Part shown: in pieces, positions 46,070 to 59,477 of the stretch
How the letters are laid out: each line of letters opens with the position of its first letter
Position numbering within the stretch: the first letter of the stretch is position 1
NCBI GenBank assembly: GCA_900546745.1
Contig: URDT01000004.1
Span: 1 to 59,560 of the forward strand
Length of the DNA stretch: 59,560 nt
Origin: an uncultured Mycoplasmatota bacterium
GTDB taxonomy: Bacteria > Bacillota_I > Bacilli_A > RF39 > UBA660
Direction: 5' to 3'
The notes under the pieces: generated by a model
What the model saw: only the letters and a program-made list of their open reading frames with translations
Told to the model about the DNA's origin: nothing
Database searches by the model: none
Made by a program: the position numbers and the translations under genes

Positions 46070-47422
46070 CTATTTTCCCAAGCAAAAATTCTTAAATATA
46101 TTATCGATTAATTCATCTTCATAAGTATCGCCCGTAATTTCTCCCAGTAGATTCCATATTTCTTTGATATCTATTTCTAGCATATCTATTGGAACATTTT
46201 GAATTATGCTGTTTTGAATATCTTTTATGCCTTTTAAGGCTTTTTTTAATATTGCTATATCCTTAGAATTTGTTAAATAAGTAAAATCTGATGTTTCTAT
46301 TTGTTCTAAATCAAACATTTTTTTTATAGCATTTTTTAAATCTTCTAACCCTGTTTTCTCTAAATTACTCATTTTAATTATAAATGGTGTATTAAATTTC
46401 AAAGAAAGTTTCATTGGTAAATCAATTTTATTAATAACAACAATGTAATTTTTATCTTTTATTTGATCTAATATTTCTAATTCATCTTTGCTTATTTCTT
46501 CATTATTATTTAAAACAAACAATACTAAATCAGCTTGATCCAGCAATTGGATACTTTTTTCCACACCTATTTTTTCTACTATATCATCTGTTTTTCTAAT
46601 TCCAGCAGTATCAATTATATTCAAAGGGATACCATCTATATTTATTGTACCTTCTACAATATCTCGCGTTGTACCAGCTATATCAGTAACAATTGCTTTA
46701 TCTTCTTCTAATAAATTATTTAATAAACTACTTTTTCCTACATTTGGCTTTCCTACAATAACTGTTTTGATACCATTTTGAAGAATCAACCCATTTTTAC
46801 TTTCTTTTATAATTTTCAAAATATCATTTTCCACAATTTCTATTTCAGATTGAATTCTTTGGTTGGTTACCACTTCAATATCTTCATATTCTGGATAATC
46901 TATATTGACGGCAATATTGGATAATAATCTTACTAATTTATCTCTTATATTTCTGATTAATTGAGAAACTTTTCCTTCCATTTTATTAATAGCTATTTTA
47001 CGTTGCTCTTCGGTTTTAGCAGATATTAAATCCATAGTTCCTTCTGCTTCTTGTAAATCAATTCTTCCATTCAGAAAAGCTCTTTTAGAGAATTCTCCTG
47101 GTTCTGCTAAACGACATCCATTTATTAAAAGTAATTCTAATACTTTTTGAGTAGTAGAAATTCCACCGTGACAATTAATTTCTACGACATCTTCACGGGT
47201 AAATGTTTTAGGACTTTTCATTACTGTCACCAATACTTCATCTATAATCTCTTCATGATCTACAATTTTACCGTAATGAATAGTATGTGACTCAACATTC
47301 ATTAAATTATGTCCTTTAAAAATTTTATTAACAATTGAAATTGCTTCTTTTCCGCTTACTCTTATGATAGAAATAGCACCAACACCTAAAGCCGTTGATA
47401 TAGCTGTAATTGTATCATCCAT
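46070..47422 (-). CDS. mnmE: tRNA modification GTPase MnmE (TrmE)
   Basis: DTITAISTALG, GKPNVGKSSLLN, DTAGIR and the C-terminal CLGK. ATG at 47420..47422. Confidence 0.93.
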   Translation of the reverse strand: MDDTITAISTALGVGAISIIRVSGKEAISIVNKIFKGHNLMNVESHTIHYGKIVDHEEIIDEVLVTVMKSPKTFTREDVVEINCHGGISTTQKVLELLLINGCRLAEPGEFSKRAFLNGRIDLQEAEGTMDLISAKTEEQRKIAINKMEGKVSQLIRNIRDKLVRLLSNIAVNIDYPEYEDIEVVTNQRIQSEIEIVENDILKIIKESKNGLILQNGIKTVIVGKPNVGKSSLLNNLLEEDKAIVTDIAGTTRDIVEGTINIDGIPLNIIDTAGIRKTDDIVEKIGVEKSIQLLDQADLVLFVLNNNEEISKDELEILDQIKDKNYIVVINKIDLPMKLSLKFNTPFIIKMSNLEKTGLEDLKNAIKKMFDLEQIETSDFTYLTNSKDIAILKKALKGIKDIQNSIIQNVPIDMLEIDIKEIWNLLGEITGDTYEDELIDNIFKNFCLGK

Positions 47423-47918
47423 TTTGATCACTTTTCTTTCTAATACCAAATAAATCTGTAAAAAAACTAGGATTTTTTAAAGTTTCTAGAGAAACATATT
47501 TGTCTACCAAAGTTATAATCCATCCTTCTAAATATTTTGGTGGAATTATATTTAATGGAAACATATGTCTTAATATGATATTGCTTATCTTATCATTCAT
47601 TAATTCAGAAAAATATTGATAGGAATTTTCCATTGCCTCTCTAGCATGTACAAATCCATGTTTTTTGAAAAATTTTTTTTGTTTATTACTTGGCCATGGA
47701 TTAGGATAAAAATCATGGAGAAGTCCACCTATTGCTGCACTTTTATAATCTAATTTTAACTTTTTTGCAATATCGTAAGATAATTTTGAAACAGCCAAAG
47801 AATGCTCGTAAACACTAATTTTTCCATGATGTGGATAATATTTTCTTTTTTGAAATTCCTCATTTTTTAAAATATCATATATTATTTTATAATATTCACT
47901 TTTCTCCATAACAGTCAT
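47415..47918 (-). CDS. HD-domain phosphohydrolase
   Basis: HSLAVSKLSY...GGLLHDF carries the H...HD motif. ATG at 47916..47918 behind AAGGGGA. It overlaps the mnmE start by 8 nt. Confidence 0.75.
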   Translation of the reverse strand: MTVMEKSEYYKIIYDILKNEEFQKRKYYPHHGKISVYEHSLAVSKLSYDIAKKLKLDYKSAAIGGLLHDFYPNPWPSNKQKKFFKKHGFVHAREAMENSYQYFSELMNDKISNIILRHMFPLNIIPPKYLEGWIITLVDKYVSLETLKNPSFFTDLFGIRKKSDQNG

Positions 47919-47951
47919 AAAATTCCCCTTACTAAAAAATATAATCAATGA

Positions 47952-48566
47952 TTATATTTCTTTATATTTAATTACTACATGTCTGTCTTTTCCTTCTCCA
48001 ATACTTTCTGTTGTCAATGAATCATATTCATCAATAATTTTATGTACCAATCTTCTCTCATATGAGTTCATTGAATCTAATGAAACAGACATTTGTGTAT
48101 CTTCTACATCTTTAGCAATTCCTCTAACTAACTGTTCTATTTTTTTTAATTTTTTTACTTTATAATTTGAAACATCTAAATTTAGTTTAATTAATAAACC
48201 TGTTTGATTTTTTATCATTTGACGAATTAACGTTTGTAAGGCATTCAAATTTTTTCCTTCTTTTCCTATTAGTATAGAGTTATTATTAGATACCAACAAA
48301 ACATTAAAAACTTCCTCAGATTCAATTATTTCAGTTTCTATATTCAAGTTCATATAAATCGCTATATTTTTTATAAAGTCAGCAATAAAATCTATTACAT
48401 CTTGTTTTTTTAATACAGAAACTATATACTTAGGACTTTTAAATAATTTACCTTCAATAAATTCTGATTTTAAGAATAAGTCTTCTTTTGTAAGTTTCAA
48501 TTCCTTTAAGGCATTATCTAATGCATCCTCTTTAGTTTTTGCTTCATATTTTTTAATTTCTAGCAT
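47952..48566 (-). CDS. jag: RNA-binding protein Jag/KhpB (Jag_N, KH and R3H domains)
   Basis: KH-like IGKEGKNLNALQTLI and R3H SMNSYERRLVHKI. ATG at 48564..48566 behind AGAGGTGA. Confidence 0.85.
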   Translation of the reverse strand: MLEIKKYEAKTKEDALDNALKELKLTKEDLFLKSEFIEGKLFKSPKYIVSVLKKQDVIDFIADFIKNIAIYMNLNIETEIIESEEVFNVLLVSNNNSILIGKEGKNLNALQTLIRQMIKNQTGLLIKLNLDVSNYKVKKLKKIEQLVRGIAKDVEDTQMSVSLDSMNSYERRLVHKIIDEYDSLTTESIGEGKDRHVVIKYKEI

Positions 48567-49509
48567 TTTTGTCACCTCTTTTTACTAATAAATTTTGTAT
48601 AATAGTAAATACATTTGAAGTAATCCAATAAATAGCTATACCAGATGAAATAGTAAATGATGTAATAGCCATCATAAATATCATCACATTAGTCATTGTT
48701 TTCATTTGTTCTTCTTGTTCTTTACTCATAGTAGCAGCACTATTTAATTTAAATGAGAAATAAGTAGCTAAAACAACTAGAACAATTAAAATTAAATAAA
48801 TTGGTTTTCCTTGTTTTAATAGAGCCACAGAAGGACTTGTACCTAATTGGAATCCTATAAAGTTTTCTTCAAAAATTGCTGGGATTCTACTAATTGCTTC
48901 ATAAAAGGCAAAGAATAAAGGTATTTGAATAAAGGTAAATAAACAACCAGACATTGGCTTAATATCATATTCCTTATATATCATCATCATTTCTTGAGAT
49001 TTTTTCATCATACTCTCTTGATCAGTCTTATTCTTGTATTTATTCTCTAATTTTGTTAATTTTGGTTGGGCTTTTTTTAATTTTTCTGATTGTAATGCTG
49101 TTTTACGAGTAAACGGATATACAACTAAACGAATTAATATAGTACATAAAATTAATCCTAAGCCATAATTATTCACAAGATTTCCAATTTGAATAATTAA
49201 CCAAGCTAAAGGTTGAACAAATAATGTTACCCATAAGCCTTGATAACTACTTGATTTAATTGGCATTGTTTTACAAACTGATAAATTATTTAAATCAACT
49301 TTTTTATTTTTAGTGGTTTCATTATAATTCTCATATATTCTTAATGTATCTTGATCTTCTGGTTTACATAATATGTTAAGAGGTAAATTTTGACCAGTAG
49401 AACTATTTTGAATTATTTTCTTATTTTCATCTTTTAGGTATGATGTACAACCTGTTAAATTAAATAGCATTATAACAATAATACTAAGCTTTATTAAATT
49501 CTTTTTCAT
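48553..49509 (-). CDS. yidC: membrane protein insertase YidC (SpoIIIJ/OxaA type lipoprotein)
   Basis: Lipobox LTGC, then the YidC/Oxa1 core (GLGLILCTILIRLVVYPF..., GCLFTFIQIPLFFAF). Confidence 0.9.
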   Translation of the reverse strand: MKKNLIKLSIIVIMLFNLTGCTSYLKDENKKIIQNSSTGQNLPLNILCKPEDQDTLRIYENYNETTKNKKVDLNNLSVCKTMPIKSSSYQGLWVTLFVQPLAWLIIQIGNLVNNYGLGLILCTILIRLVVYPFTRKTALQSEKLKKAQPKLTKLENKYKNKTDQESMMKKSQEMMMIYKEYDIKPMSGCLFTFIQIPLFFAFYEAISRIPAIFEENFIGFQLGTSPSVALLKQGKPIYLILIVLVVLATYFSFKLNSAATMSKEQEEQMKTMTNVMIFMMAITSFTISSGIAIYWITSNVFTIIQNLLVKRGDKNARN

Positions 49510-49852
49510 TATTTTCTCCTTTAATTATATTTAATTTGTCAAAACAATATAATAAATCTGATTTCATTTCTAAAAATGTAGCATTTAAAATAGTTTTCTT
49601 TACTATTATAATACAATTAAAATTTTTTTGATAGTCTTTGGAATCAATAATATTTCTTATTTGTCGTTTTATTTTATTTCTTCCCACAGCGTTGCATATT
49701 TTCTTACTGACACTGATACCAAAATGATAATTTTCTTGATTTCTTTTCAAAAAGACCATGAAATACTTACTTCTAAATGGTTTTATTGTTTTAATCATTG
49801 AATCAAATTCTTTATTTTCTTTTATTATATTTATTTTTTTCAAATTTATCAC
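49484..49852 (-). CDS. rnpA: ribonuclease P protein component
   Basis: IKENKEFDSMIKT...GISVSKKICNAVGRNKIKRQIR matches RnpA. The exact start is uncertain (GTG at 49852 or TTG at 49843). Confidence 0.85.
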   Translation of the reverse strand: MINLKKINIIKENKEFDSMIKTIKPFRSKYFMVFLKRNQENYHFGISVSKKICNAVGRNKIKRQIRNIIDSKDYQKNFNCIIIVKKTILNATFLEMKSDLLYCFDKLNIIKGENNEKEFNKA

Positions 49853-49965
49853 TTCATTTCTTTTGTATTATACTATATATTCACTATTATTAGCAAATCA
49901 CTTATTTTCGTATAGTTATTATTATTTTGTGTACTATTAACATCATATTGAATTTTGAAATAAAA

Positions 49966-49990
49966 ATAAAAAAAACACAAATAAGTGTTT
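49966..49990 (-). terminator. weak hairpin plus U-run after rpmH (attenuator before rnpA)
   Basis: Arms aaacac (49973..49978) and gtgttt (49985..49990). On the minus strand a U-rich run follows. The stem touches the rpmH stop codon. Confidence 0.35.
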
Positions 49991-50111
49991 AATGTGATAA
50001 AACTTTACGACCTTTTCGTCTACGATTATTAATAATGTTAGTTTTCATACGAGCAAAAAAACCTTGTTTTTTACTTCTTTTTCTATTATTAGGTTGATAA
50101 GTTCTTTTCAT
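49989..50111 (-). CDS. rpmH: 50S ribosomal protein L34
   Basis: [43 protein letters not shown] at 50109..50111 behind AGGAGGTA. The ORF-track extension to 50231 is non-coding oriC sequence. Confidence 0.9.
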   Translation of the reverse strand: MKRTYQPNNRKRSKKQGFFARMKTNIINNRRRKGRKVLSH

Positions 50112-50508
50112 AGCTATACCTCCTTTTTTATATAAATTCGCATTTGCTTTATCAATTATATATATATTTGTTGGATTTGTCAAATATTTTTTCTTTCCAC
50201 AGTTATTTTTAATAAAAAACATTCTCCACATTATAAAACTATTTTATTTTTCTTTATAATATATGAAAAATTTTATTTTTTACACATTTCCACTGAAAAA
50301 AAATTATTGTATTTCACAATGTGCATAATTAATATTAACTTATTCCACAAATTATGTTAATTTCTATTATTTTTATTGTATTTCAATGTTTTTTTTGTGG
50401 AAAAATACTGTTAATAATACTTTTTTTACGATTTTTCCACTTTTTTCTTTGTTTTTCTATAAAAATAATGTAGAATATAGGTGAATATTTGAGCAGGAGG
50501 TGTATCAT
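50112..50508. other. oriC, dnaA-upstream DnaA-box cluster
   Basis: 9-mers related to TTATCCACA: CTTTCCACA 50194..50202, TTCTCCACA 50222..50230, (T)TATTCCACA 50341..50349, TGTGGAAAA 50396..50404 (inverted) and TTTTCCACT 50433..50441. It lies between rpmH and dnaA at the point where gene orientation flips. Confidence 0.7.
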
Positions 50509-51861
50509 ATGGATAATTCGCAACTTTGGAATTCTTTTTTAGAGCGGATTCAATCTGAATTATCACCTGTAACATATGATACTTGGTTCGCCGACACTAG
50601 AATTGTAAAAATTGAAAACAATATTGTTACTTTGGCAGTTCCTATGCATGTACATAAAAAAATGTTGAGTGAGAATTATAATGAAATGATTGAAGAAATA
50701 TTTACTGAAATTTCTGGTTCTAACTTCAAATTTGATTATTTAACAGAAGATGAAATTACAGAAAATATCACAATCGATACAGAAAATATAGGGGTACCAT
50801 CTATTTCTACATTTGAGACTAATTTAAAACCAAATTACACCTTTGATAACTTTATAGTAGGAGAGAGTAATAAATTTGCGAAATTAACAGCTTTTGCAGT
50901 AGCCGAGAAACCGGGTCAAATGTATAATCCTTTATTTATATATGGAAGTAGTGGGTTAGGAAAAACTCACTTGATGCATGCAATTGGAAATTATGCTATG
51001 AAAAATAGTAAGAGTAGGGTATTATATGTAACAAGTGAAAAATTTATTGATGATTTTGTTGGAATTAGCAAGAAAGCAACAGATGAGCCAAATTTTGATA
51101 AAGTGGCATTATTTAAGAAAAAATATCGTGATATTGATATTTTAATCATCGATGACATTCAATATCTTGGAACAGGTGCTAAAACGCAACAAGAATTTTT
51201 CAACACTTTTAATGAATTATATGATAAAAATAAACAAATTATTATTTCTTCAGATCGTTCTCCAGATGATTTAAAATTACTTGAAGAACGTTTAACCACA
51301 AGATTTAACTGGGGAATTACAATTAACATAGAACCTCCAGATTTTGAACTTCGTTTAAAAATTATTGAAGATAAAGTAAAAGGGCATATGTTATCCAATC
51401 CTTTTCCAAAAGATGTTCAAGAATTTATTGCAAGTAACTGTACAAGTGATATTAGAAAACTAGAAGGAGCAATTACTAGGGTAGTTGCTTATGCAGCTAT
51501 GATGAGTGGAAGTCCTATTACTTTAGATTTAGCAAATGAGGCACTTAAAGGATTTTTTGTAAAAACTGTTGTTTCTAAAAATAAAGTAGAGCAGGTACAA
51601 CAACTTGTAGCAAATCATTATAATATTACAGTAGAAGATATGAAAAGTAAAAGAAGGATGGCAAGTATTGCCTTTCCAAGACAAGTTGCTATGTATATTT
51701 GTAGAACAGAACTAAATGAGTCATTTCCCAAGATTGGAATCGAATTTGGGGGAAAAGATCATACTACAGTAATGCACTCTGTAGATAAAATTAAAAAACA
51801 ACTAAAAAGTAATAAAGAATTACAAATAGAAATAGCTAAAATTATTGAAAAGATTTCTTAA
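50509..51861 (+). CDS. dnaA: chromosomal replication initiator protein DnaA
   Basis: NPLFIYGSSGLGKTHL, IDDIQYL, DIRKLEGA and the C-terminal box-binding domain (PRQVAMYICRELT-like, DHTTVMH). ATG at 50509 behind AGGAGG. Confidence 0.97.
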   Translation: MDNSQLWNSFLERIQSELSPVTYDTWFADTRIVKIENNIVTLAVPMHVHKKMLSENYNEMIEEIFTEISGSNFKFDYLTEDEITENITIDTENIGVPSISTFETNLKPNYTFDNFIVGESNKFAKLTAFAVAEKPGQMYNPLFIYGSSGLGKTHLMHAIGNYAMKNSKSRVLYVTSEKFIDDFVGISKKATDEPNFDKVALFKKKYRDIDILIIDDIQYLGTGAKTQQEFFNTFNELYDKNKQIIISSDRSPDDLKLLEERLTTRFNWGITINIEPPDFELRLKIIEDKVKGHMLSNPFPKDVQEFIASNCTSDIRKLEGAITRVVAYAAMMSGSPITLDLANEALKGFFVKTVVSKNKVEQVQQLVANHYNITVEDMKSKRRMASIAFPRQVAMYICRTELNESFPKIGIEFGGKDHTTVMHSVDKIKKQLKSNKELQIEIAKIIEKIS

Positions 51862-52008
51862 CAGTGGATAATTACATTTTATTAACACTTTATTAACAAT
51901 TAAAAACGTAAATTATCCCTTATTTTTCAAGGATTTATTTAGTTTTCAACATTTTCCACTTTAATAATAATAATAAAATATAAATAATTATAATTAGGAG
52001 GTATATAT
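51862..52008. other. oriC, dnaA-dnaN spacer with DnaA boxes and an AT-rich unwinding candidate
   Basis: AGTGGATAA at 51863..51871 (one mismatch, inverted) and TTTTCCACT at 51952..51960. A nearly pure A/T run follows at 51961..51995 (ttaataataataataaaatataaataattataatt). Confidence 0.6.
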
Positions 52009-53130
52009 ATGAATATAGAAATTAAACAAGATATATTATTAGAAAACTTAAACTATGTAATAAGAGGAATATCTACAAAAAATATTATTCCAATTTTGAA
52101 CTGTATTAAATTTGAGTTAACTGATGAAGGTTTATACATGACAAGTACAGATAATGAAAGTGCTATTAGAACCTTTATTCCTAGCTCTAGTATTGAATCG
52201 ATTAATTCGATAGGAAAAATTGTTATTTCTGGAAAATATATTTATGATATTGTTAGGAAACTTCCTAATACTATTATAAAAATTGAAGAATTTATAGATA
52301 ATAAGATTAATATATCTACTTCTAATTCCTCTTTTGATTTAAATTGCAATAATGTTAATGAATTTCCAGAATTAGATTTAAGTGATAGTAAATATCCTTT
52401 CCAAATCACTAGAACTGCATTTAAAAAATTAGTAAAACAAACTTCTTTTGCAGCATCAACTCAAGAGAATCGTCCAGAATTTACAGGAATTAATTTCAAA
52501 ATTAACGAAAATTTATTAGAATGTACATCAACAGATTCCTATCGTTTAGCAAAAAAAGAAATAACATTAATGTCTAAATTAGAAGATTCTATTAATATTA
52601 TTATTCCAACTAGAAATTTGAATGAATTAGAAAAAATGCTTTCTGATAATGATAGACCTATTGAAATTCATATTTTTAATAACAAAGTTATATTTAAATT
52701 TGATAATATTATAGTGATGAGTCGTTTAATTAATGGTGAATATCCTGATACAAATCGATTAATTCCAACAGAATTTAAATTAACATTAACTATGAATTGG
52801 GAGGAATTTTATCAAGCAATTGATAGAGCTTCTCTTTTAACAAGTGAATTTGATAAAAATACTATTAAATTACATTATTCTAATGGAATAGTTGAAATTT
52901 CTTCAAATATTCCAGAAATCGGTCATGTAGAAGAAAAAATGAATGTAGAAGCAAATTCTACTGAAGAATTGAAAATTGCATTTTCATCAAAATATATGTT
53001 AGATGCGTTAAAGGCTGTGGAATGTGATAAAATTGCTGTAAAATTTAATGGAGAAGAAAAACCAATTATTATTAAAGATGTGGATAACAGTGATGTTACT
53101 CAATTGATTCTTCCGGTTAAAACATATTAA
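52009..53130 (+). CDS. dnaN: DNA polymerase III beta sliding clamp
   Basis: 373 aa with three-domain clamp organisation. ILNCIKFEL, TSTDSYRLA and LMSRLINGEYPD. Confidence 0.95.
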   Translation: MNIEIKQDILLENLNYVIRGISTKNIIPILNCIKFELTDEGLYMTSTDNESAIRTFIPSSSIESINSIGKIVISGKYIYDIVRKLPNTIIKIEEFIDNKINISTSNSSFDLNCNNVNEFPELDLSDSKYPFQITRTAFKKLVKQTSFAASTQENRPEFTGINFKINENLLECTSTDSYRLAKKEITLMSKLEDSINIIIPTRNLNELEKMLSDNDRPIEIHIFNNKVIFKFDNIIVMSRLINGEYPDTNRLIPTEFKLTLTMNWEEFYQAIDRASLLTSEFDKNTIKLHYSNGIVEISSNIPEIGHVEEKMNVEANSTEELKIAFSSKYMLDALKAVECDKIAVKFNGEEKPIIIKDVDNSDVTQLILPVKTY

Positions 53131-53156
53131 AATAGGAATTTTCCTATTTTTTTCTT
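53131..53156 (+). terminator. intrinsic terminator after dnaN
   Basis: aataggaa/ttcctatt inverted repeat (53131..53148) followed by a T-run. Confidence 0.6.
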
Positions 53157-53230
53157 TTTCAACAGAAATCGACATATCTAATGATTATAGTAGTAGCCAT
53201 TAGCTTTGCTAATTAGGGGGAGGTGGATAA

Positions 53231-53680
53231 ATGGATAATTATGAAATAAACAGGAAAACTATTGTAATTATTCCTTTATCAAACAATAAATCGAAAGTGG
53301 TAGAAGAGGATAGGGAATATATTGTATTAAAAAAATCAACAGAAATTGTAGACCATAGTTGTAGATATTTTGGAAGTTCTTTTCTTGGACGTCATGAAGG
53401 AACAAAAAATTTAATAGGTGTAAGTTATAAGACACCTATATTGATAGAAGAAACTAATAATATTATATTTTTTCCAACTAGTTCTTCTAGAGCAGATGAT
53501 TGCTATTGGATTTCTTTGGAACAAATTAATGATTATAATGATTATGAGGGAAATTCAAAAATTATTTTTAAAAATGGTTATGAATTAATTTTAAATATTT
53601 CAATAGGATCTTTAGAAAATCAAATTTTAAGATCAACTAGATTAGAATCAGTTATAAGAAAAAGAAGAAAAATAAGCTAA
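53231..53680 (+). CDS. comK: ComK-family competence transcription factor homologue
   Basis: 149 aa. IVDHSCRYFGSSFLGRHEGTKNLIGVSYKTPILIEETNNIIFFPTSS...CYWIS...IIFKNGYELILNISIGSLENQILRSTRL aligns with B. subtilis ComK (IVDRSCRFFGSSYAGRKAGT...PPIMV...FLFPTLS...GWIS...SFENQVYRTAWL). RBS GGGGGAGGTGG. Confidence 0.75.
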   Translation: MDNYEINRKTIVIIPLSNNKSKVVEEDREYIVLKKSTEIVDHSCRYFGSSFLGRHEGTKNLIGVSYKTPILIEETNNIIFFPTSSSRADDCYWISLEQINDYNDYEGNSKIIFKNGYELILNISIGSLENQILRSTRLESVIRKRRKIS

Positions 53681-53696
53681 ATGCTTATTTTTTCTT
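53671..53696 (+). terminator. intrinsic terminator after the comK-like gene
   Basis: aataagc (53671..53677) / gcttatt (53683..53689) hairpin spanning the stop codon, followed by a T-run. Confidence 0.5.
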
Positions 53697-53789
53697 TGAT
53701 TTTGTGATATAATTGTTTATAGGTACAGGTGTACTAAGAATAGTTATATTTTGAAAAATAGGCCATTTTATAAAAAAAGAAGGTGTATA

Positions 53790-56826
<3,037 letters not shown>

Positions 56827-56835
56827 GAGGTTTTT

Positions 56836-59295
56836 ATGGATAGAATAATAGAAAAAAATATAGTACAAGAAGTAAAAGATTCCTTCTTAGAATATTCAAT
56901 GAGTGTAATCGTTTCTCGTGCTATTCCAGATTTAAGAGATGGATTAAAGCCAGTTCATCGTAGGATTTTATATTCAATGTATGAATCTGGGTATACTTCT
57001 GATAAACCACACCGTAAAAGTGCTAGAATTGTCGGAGATGTTATGGGAAAATATCATCCCCATGGAGATTCATCTATTTATGATGCAATGGTTCGTATGG
57101 CTCAACCATTTAGTTTTAGACATACATTAGTTGATGGTCATGGCAATTTTGGTAATATGGATGGGGACGGAGCAGCCGCAATGCGTTATACGGAAGCTCG
57201 ACTTTCTAAATTGTCTTTAGAAATGGTAAGAGATATTAATAAAGATACGGTTGATTTTGATAATAATTTTGATGAAACCGAGAAGGAGCCAACAATTTTG
57301 CCTTCTAGATTTCCTAATATTTTAGTAAATGGATCAATGGGAATTGCAGTTGGTATGGCGACTAATATTCCTCCACATAATTTAGGAGAAGTTATTGATG
57401 GATGTGTTGCTTATATCGACAATCCAGATATTGATACATTAGAATTAATGCAACATATTAAAGGTCCAGATTTTCCAACAGGAGGCATTATTTTAGGAAA
57501 TAGTGGAATTAAAAAGGCTTATGAAACTGGAAGAGGAAGTATTACTATTCGTGGAAGAGTAGAAATTGAAGAAAATAATGGCAAAAGTAGAATTATAGTT
57601 ACAGAACTTCCATATCAAGTAAACAAAAAAGAGTTTCAAGAACGTATAGGTCAATTGGTTAGAGAAAAAATTCTTGACGGAATAAGTGATTTACATGAAG
57701 AATCTAACTTAGAAAATCCTGTTCGAGTTGTAATTTATTTGAAAAAGGATGCAAATGCAAATGTTGTATTAAATAATTTATATAAGCATACTCAATTACA
57801 AATAACATATGGTATTAATTTATTGATGATTGATCAAAAGACTCCTAGAATTTTATCTTTAAAGGAAATTATTTCAAAATATATTGATTATCAAAAAGAA
57901 ATTATTATTAGAAGAACTAGATTTGATTTAAATAAGTGTGAAGCTAGGGTACATATTTTAGAAGGATTAAAAATAGCTTTAGATAATATTGATGAAGTAA
58001 TAAAAATTATAAAATCTTCTAAGACTGATGATATTGCAAAAGAACAATTAATGTCTAAATTTGCTTTAGATGTAATCCAATGTGAAGCAATATTAGAAAT
58101 GAAATTAAGAAGATTAACTGGTCTAGAAAAAGATAAAATAGAAAATGAATTAAAAGATTTATTACAACGTATTGAAGAATTGAAATCTATTTTGGCTTCT
58201 GAACAAAAAGTTCTAGATATTATCAAGCAAGAATTAATTGAAATTAAAAATAAATATGCTGATGATAGAAGAACAAATATTGACATGACTGCTATTGATT
58301 ATATTGAAGATGAATCTTTAATTCCAGTAGAAGATATCATTATAACACTTACAAATAATGGTTATATTAAACGTGTAAATAGTGAAAATTATAAATCACA
58401 AAATCGTGGTGGAGTTGGAATTAAAGGAATGGCAACAAATGAAGAAGATTTTGTTAAAAACATGATATCAATGACGACTCATGATTATATATTATTCTTT
58501 ACAAATAAAGGAAAAGTATATCGAATGAAAGGATATGAAGTTCCTTTATATAATAGACAATCCAAAGGATTACCAATTATTAATTTAATTCCAATTGATA
58601 AAAATGAAATTGTTACTGCAATGATTAGCATTTCAAATCAAGATAAAAACAGATATATGGTATTTTGTACACAAAATGGTTTAATTAAACGTACAGATAT
58701 TAGTGAGTTTGATAACATAAGAAATAATGGAAAATTAGCTATTACATTAAAAGAAGATGATAATTTAATTTCAGTAAAGAAAACAGATGGAAATAATGAA
58801 ATTTTAATTGCATCTTCTAACGGAAGAATGATACGTTTTGATGAATCTGAAATTAGAATAATGGGTAGAACTGCTTCTGGTGTAAAAGGAATTGATGTTG
58901 GTGATGGAATATGTGTTGGTTGTGAAATATCAGATCAAGAAAAACAAATTTTAGTTGTTACTGAAAATGGTTATGGTAAACAAACATTTATTGATGAATA
59001 TAGACTAACACATCGTGGTAGTAAGGGTGTCAAAGCCTTAAATGTAACTGATAAAAATGGTATGATGGTTGCTTTAAAATGTATTGATGTTGAAGATAAT
59101 TATGATGTTATGATTATTACCAATAGTGGTATTATTATGAAAATGCCTTTGGAACAAATTTCAACATTAAAACGTGCTACTCAAGGTGTTAGATTAATTA
59201 ATTTAAAAGATGATCAAAAAGTATCAACTGTTGCAGTTGTGGAAAAAGAAAATTTGACAGAATATAATGAAAGTGAATTATTTCCTGGGAAATAA
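56836..59295 (+). CDS. gyrA: DNA gyrase subunit A
   Basis: [19 protein letters not shown]-like N-terminus, [17 protein letters not shown] (QRDR), [10 protein letters not shown] (active-site Tyr) and a C-terminal beta-pinwheel with a GyrA-box-like [10 protein letters not shown]. Confidence 0.97.
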   Translation: MDRIIEKNIVQEVKDSFLEYSMSVIVSRAIPDLRDGLKPVHRRILYSMYESGYTSDKPHRKSARIVGDVMGKYHPHGDSSIYDAMVRMAQPFSFRHTLVDGHGNFGNMDGDGAAAMRYTEARLSKLSLEMVRDINKDTVDFDNNFDETEKEPTILPSRFPNILVNGSMGIAVGMATNIPPHNLGEVIDGCVAYIDNPDIDTLELMQHIKGPDFPTGGIILGNSGIKKAYETGRGSITIRGRVEIEENNGKSRIIVTELPYQVNKKEFQERIGQLVREKILDGISDLHEESNLENPVRVVIYLKKDANANVVLNNLYKHTQLQITYGINLLMIDQKTPRILSLKEIISKYIDYQKEIIIRRTRFDLNKCEARVHILEGLKIALDNIDEVIKIIKSSKTDDIAKEQLMSKFALDVIQCEAILEMKLRRLTGLEKDKIENELKDLLQRIEELKSILASEQKVLDIIKQELIEIKNKYADDRRTNIDMTAIDYIEDESLIPVEDIIITLTNNGYIKRVNSENYKSQNRGGVGIKGMATNEEDFVKNMISMTTHDYILFFTNKGKVYRMKGYEVPLYNRQSKGLPIINLIPIDKNEIVTAMISISNQDKNRYMVFCTQNGLIKRTDISEFDNIRNNGKLAITLKEDDNLISVKKTDGNNEILIASSNGRMIRFDESEIRIMGRTASGVKGIDVGDGICVGCEISDQEKQILVVTENGYGKQTFIDEYRLTHRGSKGVKALNVTDKNGMMVALKCIDVEDNYDVMIITNSGIIMKMPLEQISTLKRATQGVRLINLKDDQKVSTVAVVEKENLTEYNESELFPGK

Positions 59296-59374
59296 TTAAG
59301 AGTAAATATAGTATTGTTTGGGAAATATTTCTTGTGGAAATTTTATTTATACAAATAAAAAAAATAGGCAGATT

Positions 59375-59388
59375 ATTTCCCGGGAAAT
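59375..59388. promoter_or_regulatory. perfect Noc-binding-site (NBS) palindrome ATTTCCCGGGAAAT
   Basis: Exact match to the 14-bp B. subtilis NBS consensus, embedded in a 20-bp perfect palindrome ATTATTTCCCGGGAAATAAT (59372..59391). It may also serve as the gyrA terminator hairpin. Confidence 0.7.
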
Positions 59389-59477
59389 AATATTTATAGT
59401 TATTTTGTAAGAAAATTTAGAAAAGGATAGAAAAACTTAAGTAATGTATTATGTTATAATCGGAGATAAAGTTTTTA

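Noticed and set aside
49989-50111. L34 is only 40 aa, about 4 residues shorter than typical, missing part of the central KNGR.VL segment
   Set aside because: The start, RBS and both conserved ends are intact. This is probably natural variation in a reduced AT-rich genome rather than a defect.
59372-59391. The 20-bp palindrome after gyrA read as nothing more than a terminator hairpin
   Set aside because: It may indeed terminate gyrA. However, its central 14 bp are an exact NBS and GGGAAAT half-sites flank it, so a pure-terminator reading was not adopted. Both roles are noted.
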